A stretch of DNA of 64,000 nt, taken from NCBI GenBank assembly GCA_963727625.1, contig CAVSHR010000006.1:292782-356781 (forward strand), read 5' to 3'. This DNA is from an uncultured delta proteobacterium. GTDB taxonomy: Bacteria > Desulfobacterota > Binatia > UBA9968. Below, piece after piece: positions 23,525 through 33,426 of the stretch. Numbering within the stretch: position 1 is the stretch's first letter; every line of letters starts with the position of its first letter. Position numbers and translations under genes: made by a program. Under the pieces are notes generated by a model. That model was not told the DNA's origin. It saw only the letters and a program-made list of their open reading frames with translations, and did not search any database.

Positions 23525-24967
23525 TCACTTAATCTTAAAAGTCGGCGGCACCACTTCATCAACCGTCTTTCCCGTCCAGTGCCACTTGGGCACACTGTCC
23601 CAAACCTGTTCGCCTTTGGTTTGAACTTTATCCAGCAACTCCTGCTCGTCTAGCCGCAGGTACTTGCCATTGTCGACCAGCGTTTCGCCGTCGACGATGA
23701 CCGTGCGAACGTCGCGGCTCACGGCGGTTTCCATCAGCGAGCGGATCGGATCGTGCACGGCGCCGAAGGCGATGTCGCGCAGGTTGATCATTGAAATGTC
23801 GGCCTTCGCGCCTTTTTGCAGCCGGCCGAGATCGTCGCGGCCAAGCATTTTGGCGCCGCCGAGGGTAATCGCGTTGAACACGTCGCGCGGGTGGCCGGCA
23901 AGAAAACTTTTGTCGGCGACTCTCGACGCGATCGCCGCATAGCGCATATCGGATAAAATATCTTTGGGAAAAGTGTCCGTGCCGATGCCCATATTGATGC
24001 CGGCCTGGCGATATTTATCGAAAGACTCCATCAAAATCCCGAGTTTTAAATATTTCAGCGGGCTGTAGGCCACCGACGCGCCGGAGTCGGCGATGATTTT
24101 AAGATCGTCGCCGTAGGGATAGGCGAGCCAGCTGTGGCCGCTGACGAAGATACAATGGGACAGGGACACTTCGGGATCGAGAAAGCCGATCTTTTTGAGC
24201 AGCTCGATGGGCGTGCAACGCTCGCGCTGCATCACGGTATGAAATTCAAAAAGGTTGATCGTCGCGTGTATCTGCACGCGCACGCCGAGTTCCTTGGCCG
24301 CGTTGCGGGTGTCTTTCAAAAGCGCCGGCGTGCAGGAGTCGACATGGCCCGGAAACAGCAACGTCGTCATGCGCCCGCCACACGCGCCGTTGAACTTCCT
24401 GGCGAAGTCGACGGCTCTCTTGAGGCCATCGCTGCCCCGCGTATCGTCCCAGTCATACTCCCATCGGCCTTCGCGATCGTGGAAAAAATTGACGTTCTTG
24501 TAGCTCGGACCGGCGGCGCAACGAATGCCCACTTGATCGATCATGTCGACGTAGCGCTCCGGTTCGCCGCCGGCACCGCCAATATCGAACGTGGTGGTCA
24601 CACCGCTCTTCAAGACGTGAATCAAGGAAAAGCGCTGGCCGATATCGACGTCCTTCAAATGCGCCGAGTGCGCGCCCTCGCGCGTCGGTCCGCCGTGGGC
24701 CAAATAATTGGAAGCGAAAAAATCGGTCTTGGTCGAGTCGTTGAGTAAATAGTCGCTAGCGTTGATGCCGGAGTGAAAATGGGTGTCGACAAAACCCGGC
24801 GAAACCAGGCAGCCCGTGGCATCGATTTTTTTTTCTACCGGCTGCGCATATTCCTTGCCCACAAACTCCACGCGATCGCTGTCGAACACCACGACGCCGT
24901 TTTTGATTATTTCATGCTCATTCCCGTCGAAACCGACGACGTAACCGCCTTGGATCAGTGTTTTCAT
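23525..24967 (-). CDS. Amidohydrolase (chlorohydrolase/deaminase-like)
   Basis: PGFVDTHFH, QIHA, SHCI, GIGTD, GRDDLGRLQKGAKAD. Confidence 0.9.
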   Translation of the reverse strand: MKTLIQGGYVVGFDGNEHEIIKNGVVVFDSDRVEFVGKEYAQPVEKKIDATGCLVSPGFVDTHFHSGINASDYLLNDSTKTDFFASNYLAHGGPTREGAHSAHLKDVDIGQRFSLIHVLKSGVTTTFDIGGAGGEPERYVDMIDQVGIRCAAGPSYKNVNFFHDREGRWEYDWDDTRGSDGLKRAVDFARKFNGACGGRMTTLLFPGHVDSCTPALLKDTRNAAKELGVRVQIHATINLFEFHTVMQRERCTPIELLKKIGFLDPEVSLSHCIFVSGHSWLAYPYGDDLKIIADSGASVAYSPLKYLKLGILMESFDKYRQAGINMGIGTDTFPKDILSDMRYAAIASRVADKSFLAGHPRDVFNAITLGGAKMLGRDDLGRLQKGAKADISMINLRDIAFGAVHDPIRSLMETAVSRDVRTVIVDGETLVDNGKYLRLDEQELLDKVQTKGEQVWDSVPKWHWTGKTVDEVVPPTFKIK

Positions 24968-25117
24968 CCCTCAGGCCTTTCGGATTTAGTTAGATTGTCG
25001 AGCAGAGGCAGGACTAACAAAAGACTTGAATCAAGACAAGCGTGCCATTGCGCTAAAGCAATTGCACCTTTAAGAAACGCCCTCGAAGAAATGAGTGACC
25101 GGCGCAAGACCGCCCGA

Positions 25118-26152
25118 CTAAACGGCAAAACGGAAATGGATAATGTCAGCATCCTTGACGACGTACTCTTTGCCTTCGAGACGCAGCTTGCCGGCTTCTT
25201 TGCATTTGGCTTCGCTTTCATGAACGATGAAATCTTCGTAGGCGACGACCTCGGCGCGAATGAAGCCGCGCTCGATATCGCTGTGGATCTTTCCCGCGGC
25301 TTTTTTGGCGACAGTCCCCTGGGCAATCGTCCAGGCGCGCACCTCGTCTTCTCCCGCGGTGAAAAAACTGATCAGATCCATGAGCGCGTAGGACGCGCGA
25401 ATGAAGCGCTCCCGCGCCGGCTCTTGGACGCCAATTTCCCGCAGGAAGGCGGCGCGATCGCTTTCGTCGAGCTGCGTGATCTCCATCTCGACTTTTCCGG
25501 AGAGCGCCAGTCCTCGCAATCCCCGGCGGGTGAGTTCCTCTCGATGGGCAGCATTAAGCGGCTGTCCGGCTTTCTCCTCGGACTGGTTGAAAATCACCAG
25601 CACGGGCTTGCGGCTGAGAAAACCGAAGCCGGAGGCCAGGTTTTCTTCGTCTACACTGAAGCCAAGATTTCTGAGACTCTCTTCGTTCTCCAGCGCCGCA
25701 GCACAGCGCGCGAGCAACGCTTCTTCCTGCGGCCTGGCTTTTTCTTTTTTGATCCGGTTGCGCCGGTTTTCGACCACGGTAAGATCGGCCAGAATCATCT
25801 CGGTGAGGAGCGCGTTCAACTCTTTTAATGGTGTGGCGTCAGCATTGTAATCGCCGAGCACGAGCGTGATTGCTTCGACTTCGCGCATTTGAGTCACCAG
25901 CGCGTTATTCGACTTGAAATCCTCTTCGCCTTGGCTCGGCGGAAAATCGGTGAAGCGTATTTCCGCGAAGGTGGTCTTTTTCGGCTTAAAGATCTTCGAC
26001 AGCTTGTCGATGCGCGAGTCGGGGACCTTGATAACACCGAGGTGAACTTCTTCCTTGCCGCCGAAACCGCCGATCTGTGCCTGAAGCCCCGTGAGCATGT
26101 TGAAAATGGTGGTTTTCCCCGCGCCCCGATGGCCGATCAATCCTACTTTCAT
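25118..26152 (-). CDS. ychF: YchF/Obg-like P-loop NTPase with TGS/DUF933 domain
   Basis: GHRGAGKTT, VPDSRIDKL, FFTAGEDEVRAW, AAGKIHSDIERGFIRAEV, EGKEYVVKD. Confidence 0.85.
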   Translation of the reverse strand: MKVGLIGHRGAGKTTIFNMLTGLQAQIGGFGGKEEVHLGVIKVPDSRIDKLSKIFKPKKTTFAEIRFTDFPPSQGEEDFKSNNALVTQMREVEAITLVLGDYNADATPLKELNALLTEMILADLTVVENRRNRIKKEKARPQEEALLARCAAALENEESLRNLGFSVDEENLASGFGFLSRKPVLVIFNQSEEKAGQPLNAAHREELTRRGLRGLALSGKVEMEITQLDESDRAAFLREIGVQEPARERFIRASYALMDLISFFTAGEDEVRAWTIAQGTVAKKAAGKIHSDIERGFIRAEVVAYEDFIVHESEAKCKEAGKLRLEGKEYVVKDADIIHFRFAV

Positions 26153-26261
26153 GGAAGGAATCTCCCAATGCTGAAATCAAAAAAATCAGTCTAGCAGGAA
26201 ACGGCGGAGGAATAAATTGCGGCTGGCAATTGATCGGCCGAAAAATATCGGCTGGCGGAGT

Positions 26262-26314
26262 AAACAAAAAACACCCAGCTTCAGTGCCACGATGATGACA
26301 AACCCGAAGCTGGG
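26262..26314 (-). terminator. Rho-independent terminator after degQ
   Basis: cccagcttc/gaagctggg stem followed by a U-tract on the minus strand. Confidence 0.65.
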
Positions 26315-26342
26315 CGGTACCGAACCTGACTTCGATCTAGAA

Positions 26343-27815
26343 TCAGCGTTTCAAGGCTAGGAACAGGCTGGATTGTCCCCGTTGAACCAAAAAGAGCACC
26401 GATTTTCCTTTTTCGTTGCGGTTCAATTCACGGTTATAATCCGCCAGGTTATTGACCGAACGGCGGTTGACCTGGGTGATCACGTCGCCCGATCGTAATC
26501 CCGCTTCCTCAGCGGCGCTGTCGGGGCTAACCGCCGTGACGACGATTCCCTGGGCACGATCCAAGCCCAGGCTCCGGGCGATCTCAGGTGTTACCGGTTG
26601 CACGGTTAAACCTAAATCGCCCTCCTGCCCGGAGGCGACGATCTCATTTTCTTTCATTTCGCCGACCGTGATCGGCAGGGAAATTTCCTTGCCGTCGCGC
26701 ATAACTTTGAGCTGTACGGTGGTGCCGGGGGTGACGCGCGCGACTACGGTAGGCAGATCGGAAGAATCCTTGATCTCTTTGCGGTTGAACTCGATGATGA
26801 TGTCGCCCGTCTTGATGCCGGCGCGCTCCGCCGGGCCGCCTTTCACGACATCCGCTACCAAGGCGCCGTTATTGTGCTTTAGACCGAGCGACTCGGCGAT
26901 TTCAGGCGTGATCTTCTGCACGGTCGTGCCGAGGAAGCCGCGAACCACTCGGCCTTTTTCTCTCAACTGCGGCAATAACTCTTTGACTGAATTGGTCGGA
27001 ATCGCGAAGCCGATGCCGATGTTGCCGCCTGACTGACTAAAAATCGCCGTGTTGATGCCGACCACCTCGCCGCGCAAATTGATCAAAGGACCACCGGAGT
27101 TACCCGGATTGATCGAGGCGTCGGTTTGAATGAAATTATCGTAGGGTCCGGAGCCGATCTGACGCCCTTTAGCGCTGACGATACCGGAGGTCACCGTGTG
27201 GTCGAGGCCAAAGGGATTACCGATCGCCATGACCCACTCGCCAACTTCCAAGCGGTCCGAGTCGCCGAGAGTGACCGCCGGGAGATTCTGTCCGGCGTCG
27301 ATTTTGATCACCGCGATATCAGATTTTTGGTCTTTTCCGATCACCTTGGCGTCATAATTTTTACCGTCTGATAATGTCACGACGATCTTCTGGGCGCCGT
27401 CGACGACGTGATAGTTGGTAAGGATTGTGCCGTTTTTATCGATGATAAAGCCTGAGCCCACGCCGTTCATGCGTTGCTGTCCGCCTGGTACTCGACCGCC
27501 GAAGAATCTTTGCCAGAACTGACTCATGGGGTCGTCGCTATCGAAAGGAAACGGAGAGCCCTGTGCGGTTTTGCGAATCTGCGTCGTCGAGACGTTGACG
27601 ACCGAAGGGCCCACCCGCTTTGCCAAGGTGGCAAAATCCGGCAAACCCTGAGTCACCGCCGGCGCCGCATTGGCGACCGGCGTCGTGCCGCCGCCCGATT
27701 GGAAGTGATCGATTGCGCCGCTGATGCCGACGCCGGCAAACACGCATAGCGCGCTGCTCACGAGCATCCATGAGACGGTGAACCCCCTTTGTTTTAATTT
27801 TGATTCCGTTGCCAT
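26343..27815 (-). CDS. degP: DegP/DegQ serine endoprotease with two PDZ domains
   Basis: GSGFII, TNYHVV, IQTDASINPGNSGGPL, two PDZ domains; ATG 27815 follows AGGAG. Confidence 0.93.
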   Translation of the reverse strand: MATESKLKQRGFTVSWMLVSSALCVFAGVGISGAIDHFQSGGGTTPVANAAPAVTQGLPDFATLAKRVGPSVVNVSTTQIRKTAQGSPFPFDSDDPMSQFWQRFFGGRVPGGQQRMNGVGSGFIIDKNGTILTNYHVVDGAQKIVVTLSDGKNYDAKVIGKDQKSDIAVIKIDAGQNLPAVTLGDSDRLEVGEWVMAIGNPFGLDHTVTSGIVSAKGRQIGSGPYDNFIQTDASINPGNSGGPLINLRGEVVGINTAIFSQSGGNIGIGFAIPTNSVKELLPQLREKGRVVRGFLGTTVQKITPEIAESLGLKHNNGALVADVVKGGPAERAGIKTGDIIIEFNRKEIKDSSDLPTVVARVTPGTTVQLKVMRDGKEISLPITVGEMKENEIVASGQEGDLGLTVQPVTPEIARSLGLDRAQGIVVTAVSPDSAAEEAGLRSGDVITQVNRRSVNNLADYNRELNRNEKGKSVLFLVQRGQSSLFLALKR

Positions 27816-27904
27816 GTGATTAATACTCCTTAGTTCCGGGCGCCGGCGGAAAATCCGCTCGCCCATTGTTTTGTTGCTTTATGAGCGAACAATCGCCATC
27901 ATTT

Positions 27905-28369
27905 TTACGTGCCCACGCGACCAATCATCTGGTGCGCGAACGACTCGCTGCCACGCTCCAGCCTCGCCCGCTTCCAGCGCAACAGTCCGTCACGCATGTA
28001 GTTGGCATCGTAGCCCAACGCTTCGCAGACGTTTTCAAAGGAGAACAGATAGGATCGATCTTTGTTTAATACCCATTCCTCGGCTTCGAGGTGCATGGTC
28101 TGCTTGCGCTTGCATTTCGCCGTCACGTTCTCCTGAAAACACATCACGGCATCCTGCAAAACCGCCAGCATGAGCACTCTTTCGGGATCGAGATGAAAGC
28201 GCCTTCGATAGGTAGACTGAAATTGCGCACCGACAAGGATGTCGGGCTGGAAGAGCGTCATCACCTTGTCTTCCACCGCAACGTTGCGCGGCTGCAAGCC
28301 TTGTACCCAAAAGGGTGCCCGTCCTTGATGACTCGATGCCACCGCTTTGGCCTGTTTTTTACCGATCAT
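27905..28369 (-). CDS. Hypothetical protein, paralog of 19750-20124
   Basis: GGAGG RBS before ATG 28369; LFQPDIL..QF, ERVLMLAVLQDAV, FSFENVCEALGYDANYMR. Confidence 0.85.
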   Translation of the reverse strand: MIGKKQAKAVASSHQGRAPFWVQGLQPRNVAVEDKVMTLFQPDILVGAQFQSTYRRRFHLDPERVLMLAVLQDAVMCFQENVTAKCKRKQTMHLEAEEWVLNKDRSYLFSFENVCEALGYDANYMRDGLLRWKRARLERGSESFAHQMIGRVGT

Positions 28370-28579
28370 GGATGTACCTCCGTTAACCTTAGACAAATCA
28401 ATTGTCGGAATTGTTCCAGATTTACGCGGCGACCTGAAAACCACGATGTCGCCCAACCACAAGAATGCTGCCGAACCGATCAACGATAGCGCCGATCCCA
28501 ACAGTCAGGTAATTTTTCTACCCATGGGGAGAATTTATCGACCGATCAATAAACGGAGCAGCGCGTTGAGGACGAAAGA

Positions 28580-28927
28580 CTAGATCAAGAGAATAGAATC
28601 GAGCAGATGCAGTGGGACTTTTCGGGTTAGTGGCCCGCCAGATCTTGCCACAGGACCTGGCCCGCAAAGCGGCATAGCAAGCACCAAGACCCCCTGTGCC
28701 CGCGCAAAGAAAGCCGGAACATTGCCAGTTTCGGCACTTAAGCCGAGACGGAGAGTGTAACTATCAGGCTGCGAGGTTTTTGCCGGCAGGCTACGGTGCC
28801 AGCCGTGAGCGGAAACGGGTCCGAGCGGCAAACTGTCTTGTGCCCGACTCACGGCGACGACGCCGAGAATGAAAGCCAGCAACAGACCGACGACCGCTAT
28901 GGTGCTTTTAATTTTGTGAATCTGCAC
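28580..28927 (-). CDS. Hypothetical exported protein
   Basis: Signal-peptide-like N-terminus; no recognised domain. Confidence 0.4.
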   Translation of the reverse strand: MQIHKIKSTIAVVGLLLAFILGVVAVSRAQDSLPLGPVSAHGWHRSLPAKTSQPDSYTLRLGLSAETGNVPAFFARAQGVLVLAMPLCGPGPVARSGGPLTRKVPLHLLDSILLI

Positions 28928-29142
28928 GTTGTTTGTTTATTTACGCTAACACCCTAAAGTCGAAAGTCAATATGACCATTTTTGACTGAAGAGTTACGCC
29001 ATGTTGGGCGCCGGGGGGGGAGCGATTTGACGGCGCGCCAAACGCGATCCACGCGCGCTCGGCGGTTTTGGCGCACGCGAAATCCTTTGGCCACGCCGCT
29101 TGCCGGTTGACGGCTTAGGTCAAGATGGTAAAGTGGTTGCCC

Positions 29143-30321
29143 ATGCCGCTTGCCACCATTGAAGAAGCGATCGACGATATCCGACGCGGCCGTATGGTCA
29201 TTCTGATGGATGACAAGGACCGTGAGAACGAGGGCGACCTCTGCATGGCCGCGGAGAAGGTCACGCCGGAAGCGATCAATTTCATGGCGACCTACGGGCG
29301 CGGCTTGATCTGCTTGCCGCTGACCGAGGAGAGTGTTCGACACTTAGGCTTATCGATGATGGTGTCTGAAAATACTTCTCCATTTGGCACGGCGTTTACC
29401 GTTTCGGTCGATTCAGCCGTTGGGATCACTACGGGAATTTCCGCCGCCGATCGCGCCAAAACCATTCTCGACGCCATCGCCGACGATGCCAAACCTCAGG
29501 ACTTGGTCATCCCCGGCCATATTTTTCCGTTGCGGGCCCGCAACGGCGGCGTGTTGGTTCGCGCCGGACAGACCGAAGGTTCGGTAGACCTGGCCAGGCT
29601 TGCCGGCTTAAAACCCGCCGGTGTGATTTGCGAGATCATGAAAAACGACGGCACCATGGCGCGCCAGCCGGACCTGATGCGCTTCGCAAAAAAACATAAA
29701 CTCAAAGTAGTGACCACCGCAGACCTTATTCAACACCGCTTGAACTACGACTCGCTGGTTTACAAGGCCGCCTCCGCGCCGCTGCCGACTCGGATCGGCG
29801 GCATGTTCCAGGCGGTGGTCTACAATACCCACGTCGACCAGAGTGAACATCTGGCGTTAATCAAGGGCACCATTTCACCCAAGGAAGAAACACTGGTGCG
29901 CGTCCACACCAAATATGTCCCCGGCGATGTTTTCGGTTTTGAATTGCTCAACACCAACGCGGTGATTCAGCGCTCTATGGAAATCATCGCCAAGGCCGGC
30001 AAGGGCGTCATTCTCTACCTCCGACCAGAGCTCAAAGGGCTGCGACCGGCGATGGTTGCTTACCCGAAGGTTGAAGGCAAACAACAGCGCGACATGAACC
30101 GTTCGTTCGTCTACCAAGCAGACTTCAAGGAGTATGGCATCGGCGCGCAAATTCTGCGCGACATCGGTGTGGGCAAGATGCGCCTGCTGACCAACAACAA
30201 AAAACACCTTGTCGGGCTGCGCGGTTACGGCTTGGAAGTCACCGCCCTGGAGCCGATTCCGCGCGACCATCCGCTGCGCGAAGCCGCCAAACAAAAGAAA
30301 GCCAAAACCCAACGAGCCTAA
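29143..30321 (+). CDS. ribB: DHBP synthase fused to a degenerate GTP cyclohydrolase II domain (RibBX-type)
   Basis: [34 protein letters not shown] intact; the C-domain [13 protein letters not shown] lacks the Zn cysteines. Confidence 0.9.
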   Translation: MPLATIEEAIDDIRRGRMVILMDDKDRENEGDLCMAAEKVTPEAINFMATYGRGLICLPLTEESVRHLGLSMMVSENTSPFGTAFTVSVDSAVGITTGISAADRAKTILDAIADDAKPQDLVIPGHIFPLRARNGGVLVRAGQTEGSVDLARLAGLKPAGVICEIMKNDGTMARQPDLMRFAKKHKLKVVTTADLIQHRLNYDSLVYKAASAPLPTRIGGMFQAVVYNTHVDQSEHLALIKGTISPKEETLVRVHTKYVPGDVFGFELLNTNAVIQRSMEIIAKAGKGVILYLRPELKGLRPAMVAYPKVEGKQQRDMNRSFVYQADFKEYGIGAQILRDIGVGKMRLLTNNKKHLVGLRGYGLEVTALEPIPRDHPLREAAKQKKAKTQRA

Positions 30322-30368
30322 ATCATTTCGCCAGGTCAAACTCCGTAGGCAGAGCCGCGCGAGGAACC

Positions 30369-30581
30369 ATGCCGATTTTTGAATACACCTGCCGCCGCTG
30401 TAATCATCGGTTCGAAACTATCGTGCAATCCGCGCGCGAAAAAATCGCCTGCCCGAAATGCCGAAGCAAGACGGTGGACAAACAACTATCGGTGTTTAGC
30501 TCGCCCGCGACAGCGAAGGAAGCCGGCCCGGCGTCCGGCGCCGGTTGCGCCTACACACCGCAAACCTGCGGCTGCCATTAA
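30369..30581 (+). CDS. FmdB family zinc-ribbon protein
   Basis: MPIFEYTCRRCNHRFE...CPKC. Confidence 0.88.
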   Translation: MPIFEYTCRRCNHRFETIVQSAREKIACPKCRSKTVDKQLSVFSSPATAKEAGPASGAGCAYTPQTCGCH

Positions 30582-31102
30582 GGATCTTTCGGCGGATTCA
30601 AATAGCGTGCTAGTTCGGGGCGGATTCTCTTTAACGCCTCGCCCATGTTTGAGTAGACTCGCTCGTCAATCAATTGACCGTTTACCCAAAAATCCAAGGA
30701 CGGGGAATCGGTGAAGTTGATATCGACGTAGCGCTCACCTACCGGCTCGCCGGTGATAATCACCCGGACGGAATATCCAGCGTCGATAACGATGCCTCTC
30801 GTGCCTGCGGGCAGGGGCAGGCCGCTCTTGATCTTGGCGAGCTTCTCTGAAGGATAGGTGCCCACTTCGAGTGAGTAGTAACCCCATTCACCGGTGTTGA
30901 CGGAGATGCCATTGAGCAGCTTAGGGTTGATATCGACGAGATTCTTAGCCGCTTGGTCTTGATTATAATTCTTCAGCAGCTCATACGCCCAGTTCTCAAC
31001 GATGCCCTTGACCGGGGTCGCGGGCTTCTCGCGCTCCTTGACCGGACCGCGGTCGATCCACCACTTGGTTTCTTCGAATGTCGGGCTCTTATCTTCGGCC
31101 AT
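30578..31102 (-). CDS. Hypothetical protein
   Basis: 174-aa ORF with natural composition; no recognised motif. Confidence 0.7.
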   Translation of the reverse strand: MAEDKSPTFEETKWWIDRGPVKEREKPATPVKGIVENWAYELLKNYNQDQAAKNLVDINPKLLNGISVNTGEWGYYSLEVGTYPSEKLAKIKSGLPLPAGTRGIVIDAGYSVRVIITGEPVGERYVDINFTDSPSLDFWVNGQLIDERVYSNMGEALKRIRPELARYLNPPKDP

Positions 31103-31150
31103 GGAATCTACAATTTACTGTGAGTTTCTAGAGAACCACACTGCATAATT

Positions 31151-32143
31151 TTAGATCTTGAATTCCTCCAGTGTGCTTTTGGCAAATAGTGAATCGACTT
31201 CGAGGCGCTTGCTGATCAGACCCTGCTCATAGGTGTACTGCACCAAAGTCTCGATCACATGGCGATTGGCCTCCAAGCCGTAAGCCCAAGGGTCGGGGCC
31301 GAGCGCTTCGCGTTCTTTTTCCATCTCATCGATGGACCACGCGAGCATATATTTGAGCGCCGAGAACTCGTACATCGCTTCCTGGCACAGCCGCTTTGAC
31401 TCTTCGAAGGCCTTGAAAAGACTCTGGGCGATCCATGGGTGTTTTTCGTAGAATTCTTCGCGAACGACGATCGTATGCATGATCGGAAAAATCTTCGTGC
31501 GCTTGAAATATTCCTGTTCCACTGCGCGGAAGTTGGGGATCAAGCGCTGCACCTTCGGATGGCGGCGCACGAACGGTGACGGTATATGTGCCGAGATCAT
31601 GGCGTCGATTTCGCCGCGTTCGAGCATGGCCGAGAGCGTCCTGTCCGCCGGAATCGGGTGAATGTCGATATTCGGCGGCAGGTTATGTTTCACCTTGTCC
31701 TGACGGCCGGGATGCTCTTCCCCGCCGGTGAACCATTTCATTTGTTCCGGCGCCACACCGTACTCGTGCTGCAGTATGCCGCGCGCCCAAGTCGCCATGG
31801 TGATTTGGTATTCGGGAACCCCCACTCGTTTGCCGGCCATATCAGCGGGCTTATTAATCCCCGAGTCGGTGTTGATGTAGATACACGAATGACGAAAGGT
31901 CTTCGACGGAAAAACCGGGATGCCGATCAAGCGCGGCGCTCCCTTGTCGCGCGACATCAAAAAAGAACCCGTCGACATTTCCGCGACGTCGAACTCACCG
32001 TAGCGCAGCATGCGCCAGAAAGTCTCTTCAACGCGCAGCGGCAGATAAGTCAGATCCACGCCCTCCACCTCGACCCGGCCGTCCTGCAACGCGCGCGTGC
32101 GGTCGTAATCCCAACAGGCCAATGTCAAACGGACTTTTCCCAT
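31151..32143 (-). CDS. 4,5-dihydroxyphthalate decarboxylase-like / PBP2-fold protein
   Basis: LACWDYDRTRAL, FPSKTFRHS, GVPEYQITMATW, IFPIMH, PWAYGLEANR. Confidence 0.85.
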   Translation of the reverse strand: MGKVRLTLACWDYDRTRALQDGRVEVEGVDLTYLPLRVEETFWRMLRYGEFDVAEMSTGSFLMSRDKGAPRLIGIPVFPSKTFRHSCIYINTDSGINKPADMAGKRVGVPEYQITMATWARGILQHEYGVAPEQMKWFTGGEEHPGRQDKVKHNLPPNIDIHPIPADRTLSAMLERGEIDAMISAHIPSPFVRRHPKVQRLIPNFRAVEQEYFKRTKIFPIMHTIVVREEFYEKHPWIAQSLFKAFEESKRLCQEAMYEFSALKYMLAWSIDEMEKEREALGPDPWAYGLEANRHVIETLVQYTYEQGLISKRLEVDSLFAKSTLEEFKI

Positions 32144-32190
32144 GCTGTTGCTCCTTCGCTAACTTCTTTCGATGCGCGCTTCTCGAGTTC

Positions 32191-32391
32191 TTAACTTTGG
32201 ACGCCGCGGAGAAACTCCTCGGCACCGATCATAAACTGTTCCTTGTCACCCTGTAACACAACCGCCGCCTCGCCGGAAGCCAGCGTGGTTCGCCGTTGAA
32301 TCGTGTAGGGCTTGCCCTTAAACATGACTTGCTGCCCTGGAGGAAAGCGGCTCAAATGCTCGTGATCACTTTGCGGGTCGATTTTTTCCAT
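32191..32391 (-). CDS. Small hypothetical protein
   Basis: 66-aa ORF co-oriented with the downstream gene, beta-rich pattern. Confidence 0.6.
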   Translation of the reverse strand: MEKIDPQSDHEHLSRFPPGQQVMFKGKPYTIQRRTTLASGEAAVVLQGDKEQFMIGAEEFLRGVQS

Positions 32392-32492
32392 CGTTTGCTC
32401 TCATAGCATATCGTGGTGCAAAGCTTAAACCGCCGGTAAATTTGACATCGCCCACACCCGAGAATAAAGTCACGCCGAGTTGAGAGAATCTT

Positions 32493-33422
32493 ATGCGTAT
32501 CGCGATCATGGGCAGTGGCGCCGTGGGCGGTTATTTCGGCGCGAAGCTGGTTGAGGCTGGACACGACGTGGTTTTTATCGCGCGCGGCGGGCATTTAGAG
32601 GCCATGCGCAAGACAGGTTTACGCATCCTTAGCCCGAATGGCGATCTGCATATTCAACGGGCGACCTATACCGATAGTCCCACCGAGGCCAAGGCCGTTG
32701 ATCTCGTGCTTTTCTGCGTCAAGTCCTATGACACGGAAACGGCCGCGGCAACGATGGACCCGCTGATCGGCGCCGCTACGATAATCCTATCGTTGCAGAA
32801 CGGCGTCGACAATCCAGCAAAGCTCGCCGGATTATGGGGCACAGAGCGAATCCTTGCCGGAGTTGCCTATATCGGCGCGCAGCTCGATTCTCCCGGCGTT
32901 ATTCGTCACTCCACTGGCGGCAAGATTATCTTTGGTCCGCTGGACGGTGCGATCAACGCAGCTGCGCATGTGATCGAACGAACCCTGTCCGCCGCCGAAA
33001 TTACCTGCGCGATCAGCGACAATATTCAGACCGTCCAATGGGCCAAGCTATTATGGAATGCACCGTTTTGCGCAATCAGCTGTCTAGCCCGGGTCAATAC
33101 GCAACAAATCGTCGAGTCCGAGGCCTTGACCCAACTCGCCGTTGACTGCATGGCGGAAGTACGAGCCGCGGCGCTCGTCCAAGGCATTGAATTGTCGCCC
33201 GCGCTGTTCCGCGAGACCACCGCGTTCTCGCGCGGCTTGGGTCCCTTCAAACCTTCCATGCTGCAAGACTTGGAAGCCGGCAAGGCGCTTGAGCACGAAG
33301 CCTTTAACGGAATTGTTGTGCAACTATTGGAGCAAGTCGGCCAACCGGCGCCGATCAATCGCGCCTTTTTAGCTTTACTGGAGCAATTGAATAAAAGCAC
33401 TGGTAAGGACACCGCCCGCTGA
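32493..33422 (+). CDS. panE: 2-dehydropantoate 2-reductase family
   Basis: GSGAVGGYFG, CVKSYD, LQNG, WAKLLWN, PSMLQD. Confidence 0.9.
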   Translation: MRIAIMGSGAVGGYFGAKLVEAGHDVVFIARGGHLEAMRKTGLRILSPNGDLHIQRATYTDSPTEAKAVDLVLFCVKSYDTETAAATMDPLIGAATIILSLQNGVDNPAKLAGLWGTERILAGVAYIGAQLDSPGVIRHSTGGKIIFGPLDGAINAAAHVIERTLSAAEITCAISDNIQTVQWAKLLWNAPFCAISCLARVNTQQIVESEALTQLAVDCMAEVRAAALVQGIELSPALFRETTAFSRGLGPFKPSMLQDLEAGKALEHEAFNGIVVQLLEQVGQPAPINRAFLALLEQLNKSTGKDTAR

Positions 33423-33426
33423 CGCC

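Noticed and set aside
28455-28480. Sigma54 promoter (CGGCAG-N5-TTGT on the minus strand)
   Set aside because: The -12 element is GT rather than GC; too weak without further evidence
28930-29140. FMN riboswitch upstream of ribB
   Set aside because: No AGGGC-GGGTGAAATTCCC-ACCGG core visible
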